A stretch of 64,000 nt of DNA from the NCBI RefSeq assembly GCF_004010195.1, contig NC_057719.1:15624257-15688256 (forward strand), written 5' to 3'. Below, one piece after another: positions 23,336 through 35,610 of this stretch (position 1 is the first letter of the stretch; each line of letters opens with the position of its first letter). The position numbers and the translations under genes were made by a program. Source of the DNA: Chiloscyllium plagiosum. Taxonomy: Eukaryota. The notes below the pieces were generated by a model. The model did no database searches. It saw only the letters and a list, made by a program, of their open reading frames with translations, and was not told the origin of the DNA.

Positions 23336-26300
23336 GGGAGGCAATCGCATAGTGGTATTATCGCTCGACTATTAATCCAGAAACCCAGAATAATGTTCTG
23401 AGGACCTGGGTTCCATGGCAGATGGTGGAATTTGAATTCATTAAAAAAAATCTGGAATTAATGGTCGACTGATAACCACGAAACCATGACGTAAAAACAA
23501 TGACTGCAGATGCTGGAGACCAGATTCTGGATTAGTGGTGCTGGAAGAGCACAGCAGTTCAGGCAACATCCGAGGAGCAGTAAAATCGATGTTTCGGGCA
23601 AAAGCCCTTCATCCTGATGATGGGCTTTTGCTCGAAACGTCGATTTTACTGCTCCTCGGATGCTGCCTGAACTGCTGTGCTCTTCCAGCACCACTAATCC
23701 AGAACCATGAAACCATTGTCAATTGTCGGAAAAATCCATCTGGTTCTCTAATGTTCCTTAGCGAAGGAAATCTGCCATCCTTACCTAGTCTGGTCTACAT
23801 GTGACTCCACAGCCACAGCAATGTAGTCAACTCTTAGCTGCCCTCTGATATGGCCTAGCAAGTCACTCATATTTGTATCAATCGCTAGAAAGTCACAACA
23901 AAGGAATCAACCAGACAGGCAACCTGGCATCAACCTTGGAACCAGAAAAGATAACAGCAAAAACATAAACAGTCCTGTCGACCGTGCAAAGTCTCCTTAC
24001 CAATATCTCTTGGCTAGTGCTGAAATTGGGAGAGCTGTCTCATAGACTAGTCAAGCAACAGTCTGACATAGTCATTCTTATGGAATCATACCTTACTGAT
24101 AACACCCTAGAGACCACCATTACCATTCCTAGATATGTCCTGCCCCACTGGCAGGACAGACCCAGCAGAGGTAGCACAGTGGTGTACAGTTGGAAGGGAG
24201 TTGCCCTGGGAGTCCTTGGCATCGACTCCCGACCCCATGAAATCTCATGGCGTCAGATTAAATATGGGCAAGGAAACCCCTTGCTGGTTACCATGTACCG
24301 TCCTCCTTTGGCTAATGAATCAGTACTCCTCCATGTTGAACAACGCTTGGAGGAAGCACTGAGGGTGGCAAAGGCACAAAATGTACTCTGGTTGGAGGAT
24401 TTCAATGTCCACCACCAAGAGTGGCTTGGCAGTAGCATTATTGATCGAGCTGGTCAGGTCCTAAAGGATATGACAGCTAGACTGGGTCTGCGGCAGGTGT
24501 TGAAGGAACCAACGAGGAAAAAAACATACTTGACCTCATCCTTACTAATCTGCCAGCTGCAGAAGCATCTGTCCATGACAGTATAGGTGAAAGTGATCAC
24601 CTCACTGTCCTTGTGGAGACAAAGTCCTACCTTCACATTGTTGTGTGGCGCTATCACTGTGCAAAATGGGCCAGACTTCAAACCGATCTAGCAACTCAAG
24701 ACTGCGCATCCATGAGGTGCTGTGGGCCATCAACCGCAGCAGAACTTTACTCTAGCACAATCTGCAACCTTGTGGCCTGGCATATTCCCCACTCAACCAT
24801 TACTGTCAAGCCAGGGGATCAACCCTGGTTCACTGGAGTGTGCCGAAGGGCATGCCAAGAGCAACATCACGCATTCCTAACAATGAGGTGTCAACCTGCT
24901 TAAGTTACTGAACAGGACTACTTGCATGCCAAATGGCATAACCAGCAAGTGATAGACAGAGTTAAGCAATCCAACAACCAATGGATCAGATCTAAGCTCT
25001 GCAGTCCTTCCACATCCAGTCATGAATGGTAGTGGACAATTAAACAACTCATGGGAGTAGGAGGCTGCACAAATATCTCCATCCTTGGTGATGGAGAAGC
25101 CCAGCACTTGAGTGCAAAAGATAAGGCTGATGCATTCACAACGATCTTCAGTCAGAAGTGCTGAGTGGATGATCCACCTTGGGCTGCTCCAGTGGTCCCC
25201 AGCATCATGGATACCAGTCTCCAGCCAATTCACTTCACACCATATGATATCAAGAAACAGCTGGAACACTGGATACAGCAAAGGCAATGGGCTTTGATAA
25301 CATTCCAGCAAGAGGACTGAACACGTGCTTCAGGACTTGCCACTCCCCTATCCAAGCTATTCCAGTACAGTTACAGCACTGGCATCTACCCGACAACATG
25401 GAAAACTATCCAGGCATGTCCTGTGCATAAAAAGTAGGACAAATTCAACACTGCTTATTACCGTCCAATCAGTCTACTGTCCATCAGTAAAGTGACGTAA
25501 GGGGTCATCAACAGTGCTATCAAGCTGCACCTTCTCAGCAACAACCTGCTCCATGATTCCTAGTTTGGGTTTTGCCGGGATCACTCAGCTCCTGGTCTCA
25601 TTACAGCCTTGGTTCAAACATGAACAAAAGAGCTGAATTCCAGAGATGAGGTGATTGTGACCCTTGACACCAAGGCTGCATTTGACAGAGTATGGCATCA
25701 CGGAGCCCTGGCAAAACTGGAGTCAATGGATATCAGGGAGCAAACACTCTGCTGGCTGGAGTTGTACCTGGCACAAGGGAAAATGGTTGTGGAGGGTCAG
25801 TCATCTCAGCTCCAGGGCATCTCTGCAGGAGTCTTTCAGGGTAGTGTCCTTGGCCCAGCAATCTTCAGCTGCTTTCCCTTTGTCAGAAGGTCAGAAGTGG
25901 GATGTTCACCGATGATTACACAGTGTTCCGCACCATTCATGACTCCCCAGATACTGCTCAAATGCAACAATATCCAGATTGGGCAGACAAGTGGTAAGTA
26001 ACATTCACACCACACAAGTGGCAGACAATGGCCATCACCAATAAGAGACACTCTAACCACCGCCTCTTGACATTCAATGGTAGTACCATCACTGAATCCC
26101 CCATTGTCAACATTCTTGAGGTTACCATTGACCAGAAACTCACCTGGACTCACCACATAAATACAGTGGCTACAAGAACAGGTCAGAGACTAGGGATACT
26201 GCGGCAAGTAACTCATCTCCTGACACCCCAAAGTCTATCCACCACCTACAAGACACAAGTCAAGAGTGATGGAATACTCCCCACTTGCCTAGATGGACGC

Positions 26301-26771
26301 AGCTCCAATAACACTCAAGAAACTTGACACCATCTAGCTTAAAGCAACTTGCTTAATTGACACTGTATCTACAAACATTCAATCCCACCACCACTGGTGC
26401 TTAGCAGTAGAAGTGTGTACTATTTACAAGATGCACTGCAGAAATTCACCAAAGATCCTTAAACAGTACCTTCCAAACCTACAACCACTTCCATCTAGAA
26501 GGACAAGGGCAGTAGGTACTTGGGAACGCCACCTGCAAGTTCCCCTCCGTGCCACTCATCATACTGACTTGGAAGTATACCGCTGTTCCTTCACAGGTGC
26601 TGCGTCAAAATCCTGGAATTCCCTCCCCACTGGCATTGTGGGTCAACCTACGGCAAGCAGACTGCAGCGATTCAAGGCGGCAGGTCACCATATCTTTCTC
26701 AAGGGCAAATAGGGATGGGCTATCATTGCTGGCCAGCCAGCGACACCCAAGCACAACAAATGAATAAAAAA
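23336..26771 (+). mobile_element. Near full-length, inactivated CR1-group non-LTR retrotransposon (APE + RT) with a tRNA-like head
   Basis: APE motifs DIVILMESYL, MYRPP and DFNVHH (about 24000-24600); RT motifs YRPISLL, LDTKAAFDRVWH and QGSVLGP (about 25450-25920); 3' end tgaataaaaaa; many stops and frameshifts. Confidence 0.88.
23488..23704. mobile_element. Palindromic Penelope-type unit nested in the LINE head
   Basis: 89-bp inverted arms at 23525-23613 and 23616-23704; duplication aacca(c/t)gaaaccat at 23474-23487 and 23703-23716. Confidence 0.9.
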
Positions 26772-27060
26772 CAATTCAATTATATCCTGGCTGATTTTAA
26801 TAGTTATTAATTCCACTTTCCTGTTCTTTTTTTCCCATAACCTTGTTTCCCTGACTGATTTAAATATCTGTTTACCTCAGCCTTGAATATACTTAATGAC
26901 CCAGTACTATGACCGGTCTCCATGGTAAATAATTCCACACATTCACTGCCCTCAAAGAAATTCTTCCTTGTTTCTGTCGTAAATTAGTGCCCCATACTCT
27001 GAGATTACGCCCTCTGGTCCTAGACACACTCACAAGCAGAAACAACCTCTCCACTTCAAC

Positions 27061-28053
27061 TGTTGTTATACCTCATTGGGATCACATGCTGGAAATCAAG
27101 CCCTGCTATTGTTAGATTTATTTTTACACTCCCTTCTGCGAACTAAAACCAAAACATTCAAAGAGGAACGCCTTGTCCCATAATCTGTAAAAAGAGGTGA
27201 AAAGTGTTATAACCTGTTTTTCAGCCTTCTAGTAGTTAATAAAAATAAATCCTTAACATTTAAAAATCAACAAAGAATAATTTATTTATCTAACAGTGAA
27301 CAAATTAACTAAACTATTGACAAACTGAATAAAACCCTGCTAACTTGCTGCTCATAAATAAAGCAGTATGCTGTTCCAATAAGTACAAGTTCCACTCAAC
27401 ATTTTTAAAAAGAAAAGTTTTGTTTCTTGAAATTGCAGCCAGGTTACATGTCTTCTGGAATGTTTGTGCCTTCTCTGCTGACTCTTCTGTCAGGAATATG
27501 AGCTAGTTGTGCTGTTGGTACCATTGTTATTTTGATGGTGCTTTCTTTAAGACATAAACAAGCCTGTGAGTGCCAGTGATTCTCTCTTGAGAGCTGAGAG
27601 TCATTCACTTTGGCGGATGGCAGATTGCTCTGAGGTCTTTTTATACCCATAATGTCATATCAATATTTCTGGCATAGGATTGGTCCTAGTTCGTCTAAAC
27701 CATCAGACTTAGGTAGCAAAAGAAACTATTAAATTTAAGTACCTGGTTCAAATTGATTGGCTAAATTCAAAAGTCTGCTGTCTTGGTAAAAACTGCTACT
27801 TGGCCTGCTAACTGTATGACCTTTCGATACAGATGTTTCAATTCGGGTGTTCTTTGTGTACTTGCAAACTTTCAACTGCTGCTTACAGGCGTCTATTTTA
27901 AATCTCAAAGCACAGAAAAAGCACAATCGTTTAAAGGGACCATGGAATGCTTCCCACCCCAGCACTTTACAAACACAGAAGGAGCTGAAGATTTTGTACT
28001 AGGAGTGCAGCAGAGTGAGGAAGATGAAAAGAAAGCTGGAGTCGCATGTGACG
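27061..28053 (-). mobile_element. Possible solo LTR
   Basis: About 1 kb block starting TGT and ending tgtgacg that interrupts a CR1 fragment; minus-strand TATA-like (about 27640) and AATAAA (about 27282) motifs are in LTR order. Confidence 0.35.
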
Positions 28054-28416
28054 TATCTGTCACTGTCTTGTGTCATGATGGTGATTTGTGCCATGGTGGT
28101 GGTATTGTTAAGCATTGCCTGGTGCAGCTCAGCATCCCCACTCTAGCACCACAGTTTTTGCTGTATTTGCTGTAGAAGGTGACAGTAGACTGAAAAGGTA
28201 CATGATCATTCCTTCATTACCTGGACAATGACAGTGTTGAATGCTATTCAAGGTCAAAATATTATTGTGATTTTTATTTTCAAATTGATTTTTGTTTTGC
28301 TTAAATTTTTTGAGGAGAATTGTATCCATTAATCTGATAATCTCAAAGGAGATTTATGTCACAGTCTTAAATTTGCAATGACCTTTTTTCTTAATAACCT
28401 GTCTTCTGACTGCTTA

Positions 28417-28619
28417 AAATAAAATAAAATAAAGAATCGCGGATGCTGGAAATCTGAAACAAAAACAAAGAATCCTGGAAAAATTCAGCAGGTCTGACAG
28501 CATCTGCAGAGACAAAGCAGAGTTAACATCATCTGAGTCAGCAGACTTGAAACGTTAGTTCTGTTTCCTCTCCCCGAGATGATGCCAGACTTGTTTCTCC
28601 TGCAGTTTCTGTTTTTGTG
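28417..28619. mobile_element. Palindromic Penelope-type unit with a 12-bp target duplication
   Basis: tctgactgctta at 28405-28416 and 28620-28631; imperfect inverted arms. Confidence 0.75.
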
Positions 28620-30051
28620 TCTGACTGCTTATCCTATTCACACAAACACACTTTCTGTTGTCACATTTTTGCCAAAATGTAAATATAAACTCTTTTCACT
28701 GTAACTATACTTTCCCAGCAGGAGTAGCATGATGGTACTACTTGTATGCTCATAATGCTCATCTTGTACTTCAGATAAATGCCGCTGATCCAGCCATCTC
28801 CACTTGAGTTTTCAAAATATGTTCTTATTAATAGTTAAATAAAATAAAATCTAAACATTATTTAAATTAGATATTTGACTTTAACATGGGAGCTGAATTA
28901 TACCTGCAGATCCTGGCTCAATTATTAGGATGTATGAACACAAGATCCAAAGTAGGTCTTTTGGCATTTTAAGCCTGTTTTGCAATTCAGGAAGATCACT
29001 TTCCGATCTGCGCTAAGTAACCCTCCATTGCCTTGTCTCTGAAAAATTTACTTATCTCTTTTTATTCAGTAAATTTCAGGACCCAGCCCCTGTTACTTTC
29101 TAGGAAATTTTTTAAAAGATCTGACCCCACTATCATCAGATAGCTACAAAGTGAGAAACGTCACATTTCGAGGAGTAGAACGTTGTCTCCTTATCACATA
29201 GAAGGTCATAATCACAAAAGTAATGGGTTACTACCTATGCTTTAAACCACTTCACAGAAGTCTACATTTTATCTTGATTACTATGTCCAGTGCCTTGGGA
29301 GATTAAGTTGTGTACATACTTGATTTGTGTATAAGGAGCAAAATAATTCATCACTTTGCGAAATAAGGGACATGACAAACAAAGGGAAAATGTAAAACTC
29401 TGTTGAAGGCATTGACATTTTAAGGTATTATATAGTTAATTGTTCTCTATTGAACTGAAATATCAGGAAATGCTGATGTGCAGTTGCTATTTTATGTGCG
29501 GTACTATACTATTTTGGGGACTCTATTATAGAGAGGATATCCAAGTCGTGAGAAAATGTCTTATGGCTATGATTTAAGGAAAATAATAAGAATTTTGAGA
29601 GATTTTACGTTTAAACAAACTGGGATTATGTTGAAAGATGATGAAGGAAACACTAATCAAGTTCAGACTTAGAAATAGGGTTGAGCAGATAATTGCAAAA
29701 GATGATTTCCATTGTTGATAGATTAAAAACTGGATCAAAATTATTGATACAAGAAAAAAGGAAGAGGAGAAAAAACTTGTATTTAACGCTTTCTTGTCCA
29801 CTGGACATCACAAAGCTACTTGAAGCCAGTTACGTACTTTTGAAATGTGCTGATTAATTTAGAAGCATGTAGACATTTTTCCAGACAAGTTCTCATAAAC
29901 AGTATTATTGGAATGACAGAATAATCATGTTAATTTGAATAGCAATTATTTATCAGAAGACCAAGCATACCAGGCCTGCCCTTCAAAATACTACTGCAAA
30001 ATGCTTTTGAGATGCTATTGCATTCACTTGAACAGTGAGATGAGAATGGGT

Positions 30052-30436
30052 TAAGGGGTGACCTTATAGAGGTTTACAAAATTATGAGTAGCATGGATAG
30101 GATAAATAGGCAAAGTCTTTTCCCTGGGGTCGGGGAGTCCAGAACTAGAAGGCATAGGTTTAGGGTGAGAGAGGAAAGATATAAAAAAGACCTAAGGGGC
30201 AACTTTTTCACGCAGAGGGTGGTACGTGTATGGAATGAGCTGCCAGAGGATGTGGTGGAGGCTGGTACAATTGCAATATTTTAAGAGGCATTTGGATGGG
30301 TATATGAATAGAAAGGGTTTGGAGGGACATGGGCCGGGTGCTGGCAGGTGGGACTAGATTGGGTTGGGATATCTGGTCGGCATGGACAGGTTGGACCGAA
30401 GGGTCTGTTTCCATGCTGTGCATCTCTATGACTCTA
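30052..30436 (+). mobile_element. Young CR1 3' fragment
   Basis: Highly similar to 583-965, with a gactctat tail. Confidence 0.9.
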
Positions 30437-30976
30437 TCTTCTCAGAGACATATGCAACATGCTGTCAGCTCTGCATAGCAACCTTGTGACTCAAGGATTC
30501 TACTAACTGAACCAGATTGGCCCTTAAGATTGAGAGAGTTGCTCATTTGTTGTAAAGGTAGCATAGGTTGATTCATTTCTATACAGAATTTTGATTCTGT
30601 AATTGCGCGTACTCCAAACAAGAGAAAGATAGCGAATGAAATACAGATGGGGAATATAATATTGCAGTAATTGAGAGTTTAGCGATTTCTATATATACTT
30701 ATCTCTGACGTCTCTTTGACCATCCAGTAGTAATAGCTGTTAAATAGAATGGTAATCATTCTGGCTATGATGTGCAGGTTACACTTTGTTCTTTTCCTTC
30801 AAGGTTCCCAAATGTGATGATGCAGAAGAAGGCTAATAAAATTAAATTGTAAAATTTCAGCCTTGTATATCATAAGATTAAATATGGTGTTATTAATGCA
30901 ACATATTAGCAATTTGTTAGCTGGTTATACAAATAACCTGACCTGAAAAAAAATTTGTATTCCTTCCTTACTGCAG

Positions 30977-31010
30977 GGTAATGGCTCACAACGATGCAGA
31001 GGTCCCTCTG
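30977..31010 (+). CDS. DLST: DLST exon 2 (GNGSQRCRGPS)
   Basis: ctgcAG acceptor and G|gtgagt donor; 34 nt, the size recalled for human exon 2. Confidence 0.8.
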
Positions 31011-32559
31011 GTGAGTAGATGTTCCTGAGTAGAAATATGGAGAATTTAATTTGTTGTAATCCTTAAGTTTGTGTTGATTCGGTTTATCTGATGATCCTGT
31101 TACTGTTCTTACAAATGAATTATGATCTGGTCCCTGCTCTGCTTGATCCTACATTTTCCTTACCTATGTGAGGAACTCGGATCTTCAAAATATAAAGTTT
31201 TTATTTTATAGTTAATTTGAACAGCCTATTCTAAGATGATGAGCAGACAACTAGCAGTACATTGTATCAGTTTTGTGCAGTTCATGACAGCTTTTACCCT
31301 GGCACAAAAATTGCAATGTTCTCTGCACTTAATGAAGGTCATCTGGAATACTAGCCACACTGAGTAGCCGAATAGAGCTAATCACAAAATCATTCTTGGA
31401 AACTGGCTCTATTTTTGGAAAGTTTGAGAATGGCAAAGGAGGTTTATTGACAGCCAAAATTCAATATTAAATATGAAGTTTTTCTGAGAAGAATTAAATA
31501 AATTAGCTTTGCACAATTACCACTAGCTGAAAAATGAGTGGTATTCAAACTGAACTAGGTGATGGAGGCCCTGATATTCTCTTTCTAGTGAAACCTGGCA
31601 GAAAATAATGGTCTGGTCGGCTGGATTGTTGGACTAGACACTTTTGATCATTGCTCACCTGCCTGAGAAGGATCCCCATGAATCTTTGAGTGTAACTTTA
31701 TCTGCCCTCTTGATATTGTCTATGCTGTATGTAACAACAGGTTCTGCATTATTAAGATCAACAATGATTAAAGTGAAGACAGTTTAAATATTTACAGAAT
31801 GCTTCTAGTTTTCCAGACAAACATATAAATTGTCATGAAATACTCTGGAATAACAGACCATCTGATGAATTCCCAGCACGGACTGTTGAACAGTGTTAGT
31901 CATTGCAGCTTCAGTTTACTTAGGTATGAAGAAGATGCCTGGTTCATACCCTCTGGGAGAAGTATCCATGTTAAATATTTGAACTACCTGGGTGTTAGCT
32001 TCAGAGTGGAAATGACTAGAGGGCAGGATGCTTACCATATTTGATGCATTAACTTCATGGTGATTCTGAAGTTATTCTGTGGTCACTGAGTAAATTAAGC
32101 TTGTACATCAATCATATTTTGAGTATATAAAACTTCCTTGAATCTTCTAAATTGCACCATAACCATTTTGATCAGCTTCCAAAATTGAAGTATTGAATTC
32201 ACTGTCATGATTCTGTGGAGATTTTCTGAAACAAGGTGCCAACAGTACAAGATGTCACTTAAAAAGTCCATCAAGGAACTTCAAAGAAATGCCTATATCC
32301 AGGCAGTGGTTCAAATAGGAAATTGTCACTGTGTGTATTAGTTGAGAGGAATAGTATAGATGCCTTATCAAGGGAAGGTGGATTAGTACATGAGAAAGAA
32401 AGGAATAGAAGAATATATAAATAAGGATATGAGAGGTTTCTGTGGTGTATAAACCATAGACAATACGACTTGATGGCTTGTTCTTAGCTATATGTTCTTT
32501 AAAAATGTGGCATCTTCTTAGTATCATTGGTCATATTTATTTATTCTCTTATTTTATTA

Positions 32560-32714
32560 AGAGTCATAGTCATAGAGATGTACAGCATGGAAACAGACCC
32601 TTCGGTCCAACCTGTCCATGCCGACCAGATATCCCAACCCAATCGAGTCCCACCTGCCAGCACCTGGCCCACATCCCTCCAAACCCTTCCTATTCATATA
32701 CCCATCCAAATGCC
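32560..32714 (-). mobile_element. Young CR1 3' end
   Basis: Reverse complement of 30287-30433. Confidence 0.9.
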
Positions 32715-32933
32715 TTCTGTTAAAACATATCTAGTATCAAGTTGAAGAATGGGCATGGAATTCACATGCTTTTAAAATGGAGCAATATTGTAAGCCGGAA
32801 TAACTACTGCCTGAACGTTTTACCTTGTTGAAATTATCACTAAGTATTCTTTTTAAAGTGCCTGCACCATTTTATTGTCTTTTACTGCATGTCAAATCTG
32901 ACTAACTAAATATGTCTTTCCTTGGTCTTTCAG

Positions 32934-32973
32934 TGTGCTATCGGTCAATCTATGATAAAAGCAGACAGTTTTC
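32934..32973 (+). CDS. DLST: DLST exon 3 (VCYRSIYDKSRQF)
   Basis: Branch-like ctgactaac, pyrimidine tract, cAG acceptor, gtaagt donor; 40 nt, keeps the frame between exons 2 and 4. Confidence 0.75.
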
Positions 32974-33791
32974 GTAAGTACCAGTATAGCAGTGGTATTA
33001 ATTGAAAATACATGAATGATGTAGGTTCCAGGCCTCTTTTTGTTTTCTCTTTACTCTTTCAGCCATTCCTTACCAGTATTTTTTAACTCATCTTTGTTTT
33101 TTTTTTCTTCTTCAGACACTTAAGATGTGCAGGTTTGGGATTTCAGGCACCCAGTTACTTAATTCACCTTTCTTTCTATTATATGGCCAATGTAAAGTGA
33201 CATTTGACTGTTTGCTGAATAGGGATGTTCTTTCCATTATAATATAGGATACCATTCATTGATAATATAATGCAGGGTGATTCACTGTCCTGTGTGGTTT
33301 AAAAAAAATACCAGGAAGTTACTGTGCTGCTAATCACATGCAGCTGGCTATCGTCTGTCACACTGACCATCAGCAAAAACGTAAACCTACTCTAAAAGGG
33401 AGCTAAGAGTCACAAAACGTTCATTAGAGAACTGTGATTTGTTTATACAAAAACATTGTCACAATAAACCTGAAATTTAAGATAGAGCAATCTAAGTAAT
33501 TGTATCCAAGGGATGGGTTGTTTATGAAATGCATGTGCAGATTCACTGAAATTTAAAGGGAAATATAGTTTTATGTAGAGAAATCATAAATAAAATTATT
33601 TCTTTGATCTGAAGAATGCAATTATTTGTGAATGGATCTCTTTCTTTGTCATTGGCCTTGCCAATCCATCTTCAAATATGTAAACCTGCAAGTATTACCA
33701 ACCGTAGACTAATTGAGAGTGGAGGTTGTTTATTTGTAATCTGATCTGTCTCCTCTGTATAATGTTTGGTTCTAATTATGGTTGTTTACAG

Positions 33792-33853
33792 ACAAAATGT
33801 CTCTAAATTCAGCATCTTCCACCTCCGACACTTTAAGACATCAGCAGTCTTTA
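33792..33853 (+). CDS. DLST: DLST exon 4 (QNVSKFSIFHLRHFKTSAVF)
   Basis: tttacAG acceptor and gtaagt donor; 62 nt; resembles the R-x-F-x-T-x-A-V presequence end of DLST. Confidence 0.85.
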
Positions 33854-34446
33854 GTAAGTAATGTATTGTTTTATATGGCGTACTGTTCCAGGTCCATTTA
33901 TCCTATTTGAGACCTTAAGACTTCTCATGGTAGCTAGATATTCATTATGTGAATCCGCTGTGCTACAGTCACACAACGTCAGGAAATTGTTTTTAATTGT
34001 GTAACCAAATTACCTTATTAAATGATATCTTGTATTAAGTGACATAGTATCATAAATATTGAAATAACATTTAAAACTACGAAATATATCAGTTGTATTA
34101 CATTTGAAAACTTGTTTTAAGATTTTTAAAATGGGTTCTGGAAAGAATGCAGATCTAATGCACATTGTTTTGTGCAAGAAGCAAAGAGTTAATGGGCAGG
34201 TGGAGTAATACTTGGTATGGTATTGGATTAATGTTCATCATGAGTACTGTTAAATGTGTTGCATTAAATGTATTCTATTTTGATCCTTGTCATAAACTTG
34301 ATTCTGGTAATGGTGCTATGATCAACAGCAAGGTATTTTATGAGAATGTAGCAAAGGAAGCTTTAGAGTGTGCTAGTTTTATAATATATGTACTAGGCAT
34401 TAACAGTAGAAAGATCTTAAAAGTTGTGCAATGCTTGCATCAGGTC

Positions 34447-34575
34447 ATTCCTGATGAAGAGCTTATGCTCGAAACGTTGATGCTCCTGCTCCTTAGATGC
34501 TTCCTGACCAGCTGGGCTTTTCCAGCACCACATTTTGACTCTGATCTTCAGCATCTGCAGTCCTCACTTTCTCCT
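34447..34575 (+). mobile_element. Penelope-type terminal unit with a hammerhead-like motif at 34451-34478
   Basis: CTGATGA-a-gagc-ttat-gctc-GAAA-cg-TT. Confidence 0.8.
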
Positions 34576-34619
34576 CACATGAATAATCTTTTGGCTGGCT
34601 GGCAGGATATATGCACATA

Positions 34620-35610
34620 AATGGATTTTTGTCTGACTGGCAGGATGTGATTAGTGACATTCTCTGTGCGAGGGTCTCATCAATTTAGAATTTATATCAT
34701 TAATTTAGATGAAAGGAGCTTAGGCATGGTAGCTAGGTTTGTAGATAACATCAAGATAGGTAGGGAAGTATATTGTGAAGAAAACATCATGTGGAAGTTA
34801 CAGGCGAATATAGATTGGTTGAGAGTGGGCAGAAATCTGCCCTTATATAATGTGGGAAAACATGTTCACTTTGGCAGGAAGAATAAAGTAGAGTATTAGT
34901 TAAACTGAAAACAACCACATAATTCTGAAGTGTGGAAGAATTTGTATATTCTTGCATATGAGTACAAAAATTTAATGTGCAGATACAACACAGTATTTCA
35001 TTGGTCTTTTTAATTATATCTACTTTTACTACAAGAGGAATTGAGCATAAAAATGAGCATGTTTTGCTTCACTTATACTGGACATGGGTGAAACTACGTT
35101 TTGATTACTGTGTGCAATTTTAAACAAATGCATTAACATCCTTCATTAAATAAGATGAAGTCGTTAGAGAAGAATCTTACTAGATTAAGTGGATTTTCTT
35201 AAGATGTTACTTTGGGCAGGCTGGTCTTGTTTCCACTCAAGTTTGAAAGATTGAGAGGTGACTTGATTGATATTTTTAAGATCGTAAATAGTCTTGACAA
35301 GGTGGACATGGTAAGCATTCAAGTTTCCACTTGTGGATGAGTTCAGAACTACAAGATGATATTTTAAAATTAGGGGTTGCTGTTTCAGGATAGTGATTGG
35401 AGAATGTTTTTCTGAAGGATTGCTCAACATTTGGAAGATGCTGAAGGTGGGATTGTTAAAAATATTTAACAATCCCACCTTCAGCATCTTCCAAATGGAT
35501 AGACTGAGTTAAAAATTGGGAGTTGATGGGAAAGTGAAATTTGAAATAAGAACGTTAGCCAAGCTACTATTAAATGACGGAGAAGGCCCAAGGGGCTGAA
35601 TTGTCTATTT
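34620..35610 (+). mobile_element. Old CR1 RT fragment
   Basis: Degenerate IYIINLD..ARFVDNIKIG and HFGRKN motifs. Confidence 0.7.
35428..35497. repeat. Perfect 33-bp inverted repeat with a 4-nt loop
   Basis: catttggaagatgctgaaggtgggattgttaaa-aata-tttaacaatcccaccttcagcatcttccaaatg. Confidence 0.97.

Noticed and set aside
23458..23804. Near-identical ORFs on both strands (MVLEEHSSSG...)
   Set aside because: Artefact of the palindrome.
23984..26712. Active or domesticated reverse transcriptase gene
   Set aside because: Multiple stops and frameshifts, and the catalytic FADD region is disrupted.
27783..28175. 130-aa ORF in DLST intron 1
   Set aside because: No recognisable homology; it straddles the end of an LTR-like block.
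28704..28722. Second ZNF143-like motif actatactttcccagcagg
   Set aside because: Spacing is one base off consensus and it is far from any CpG island.
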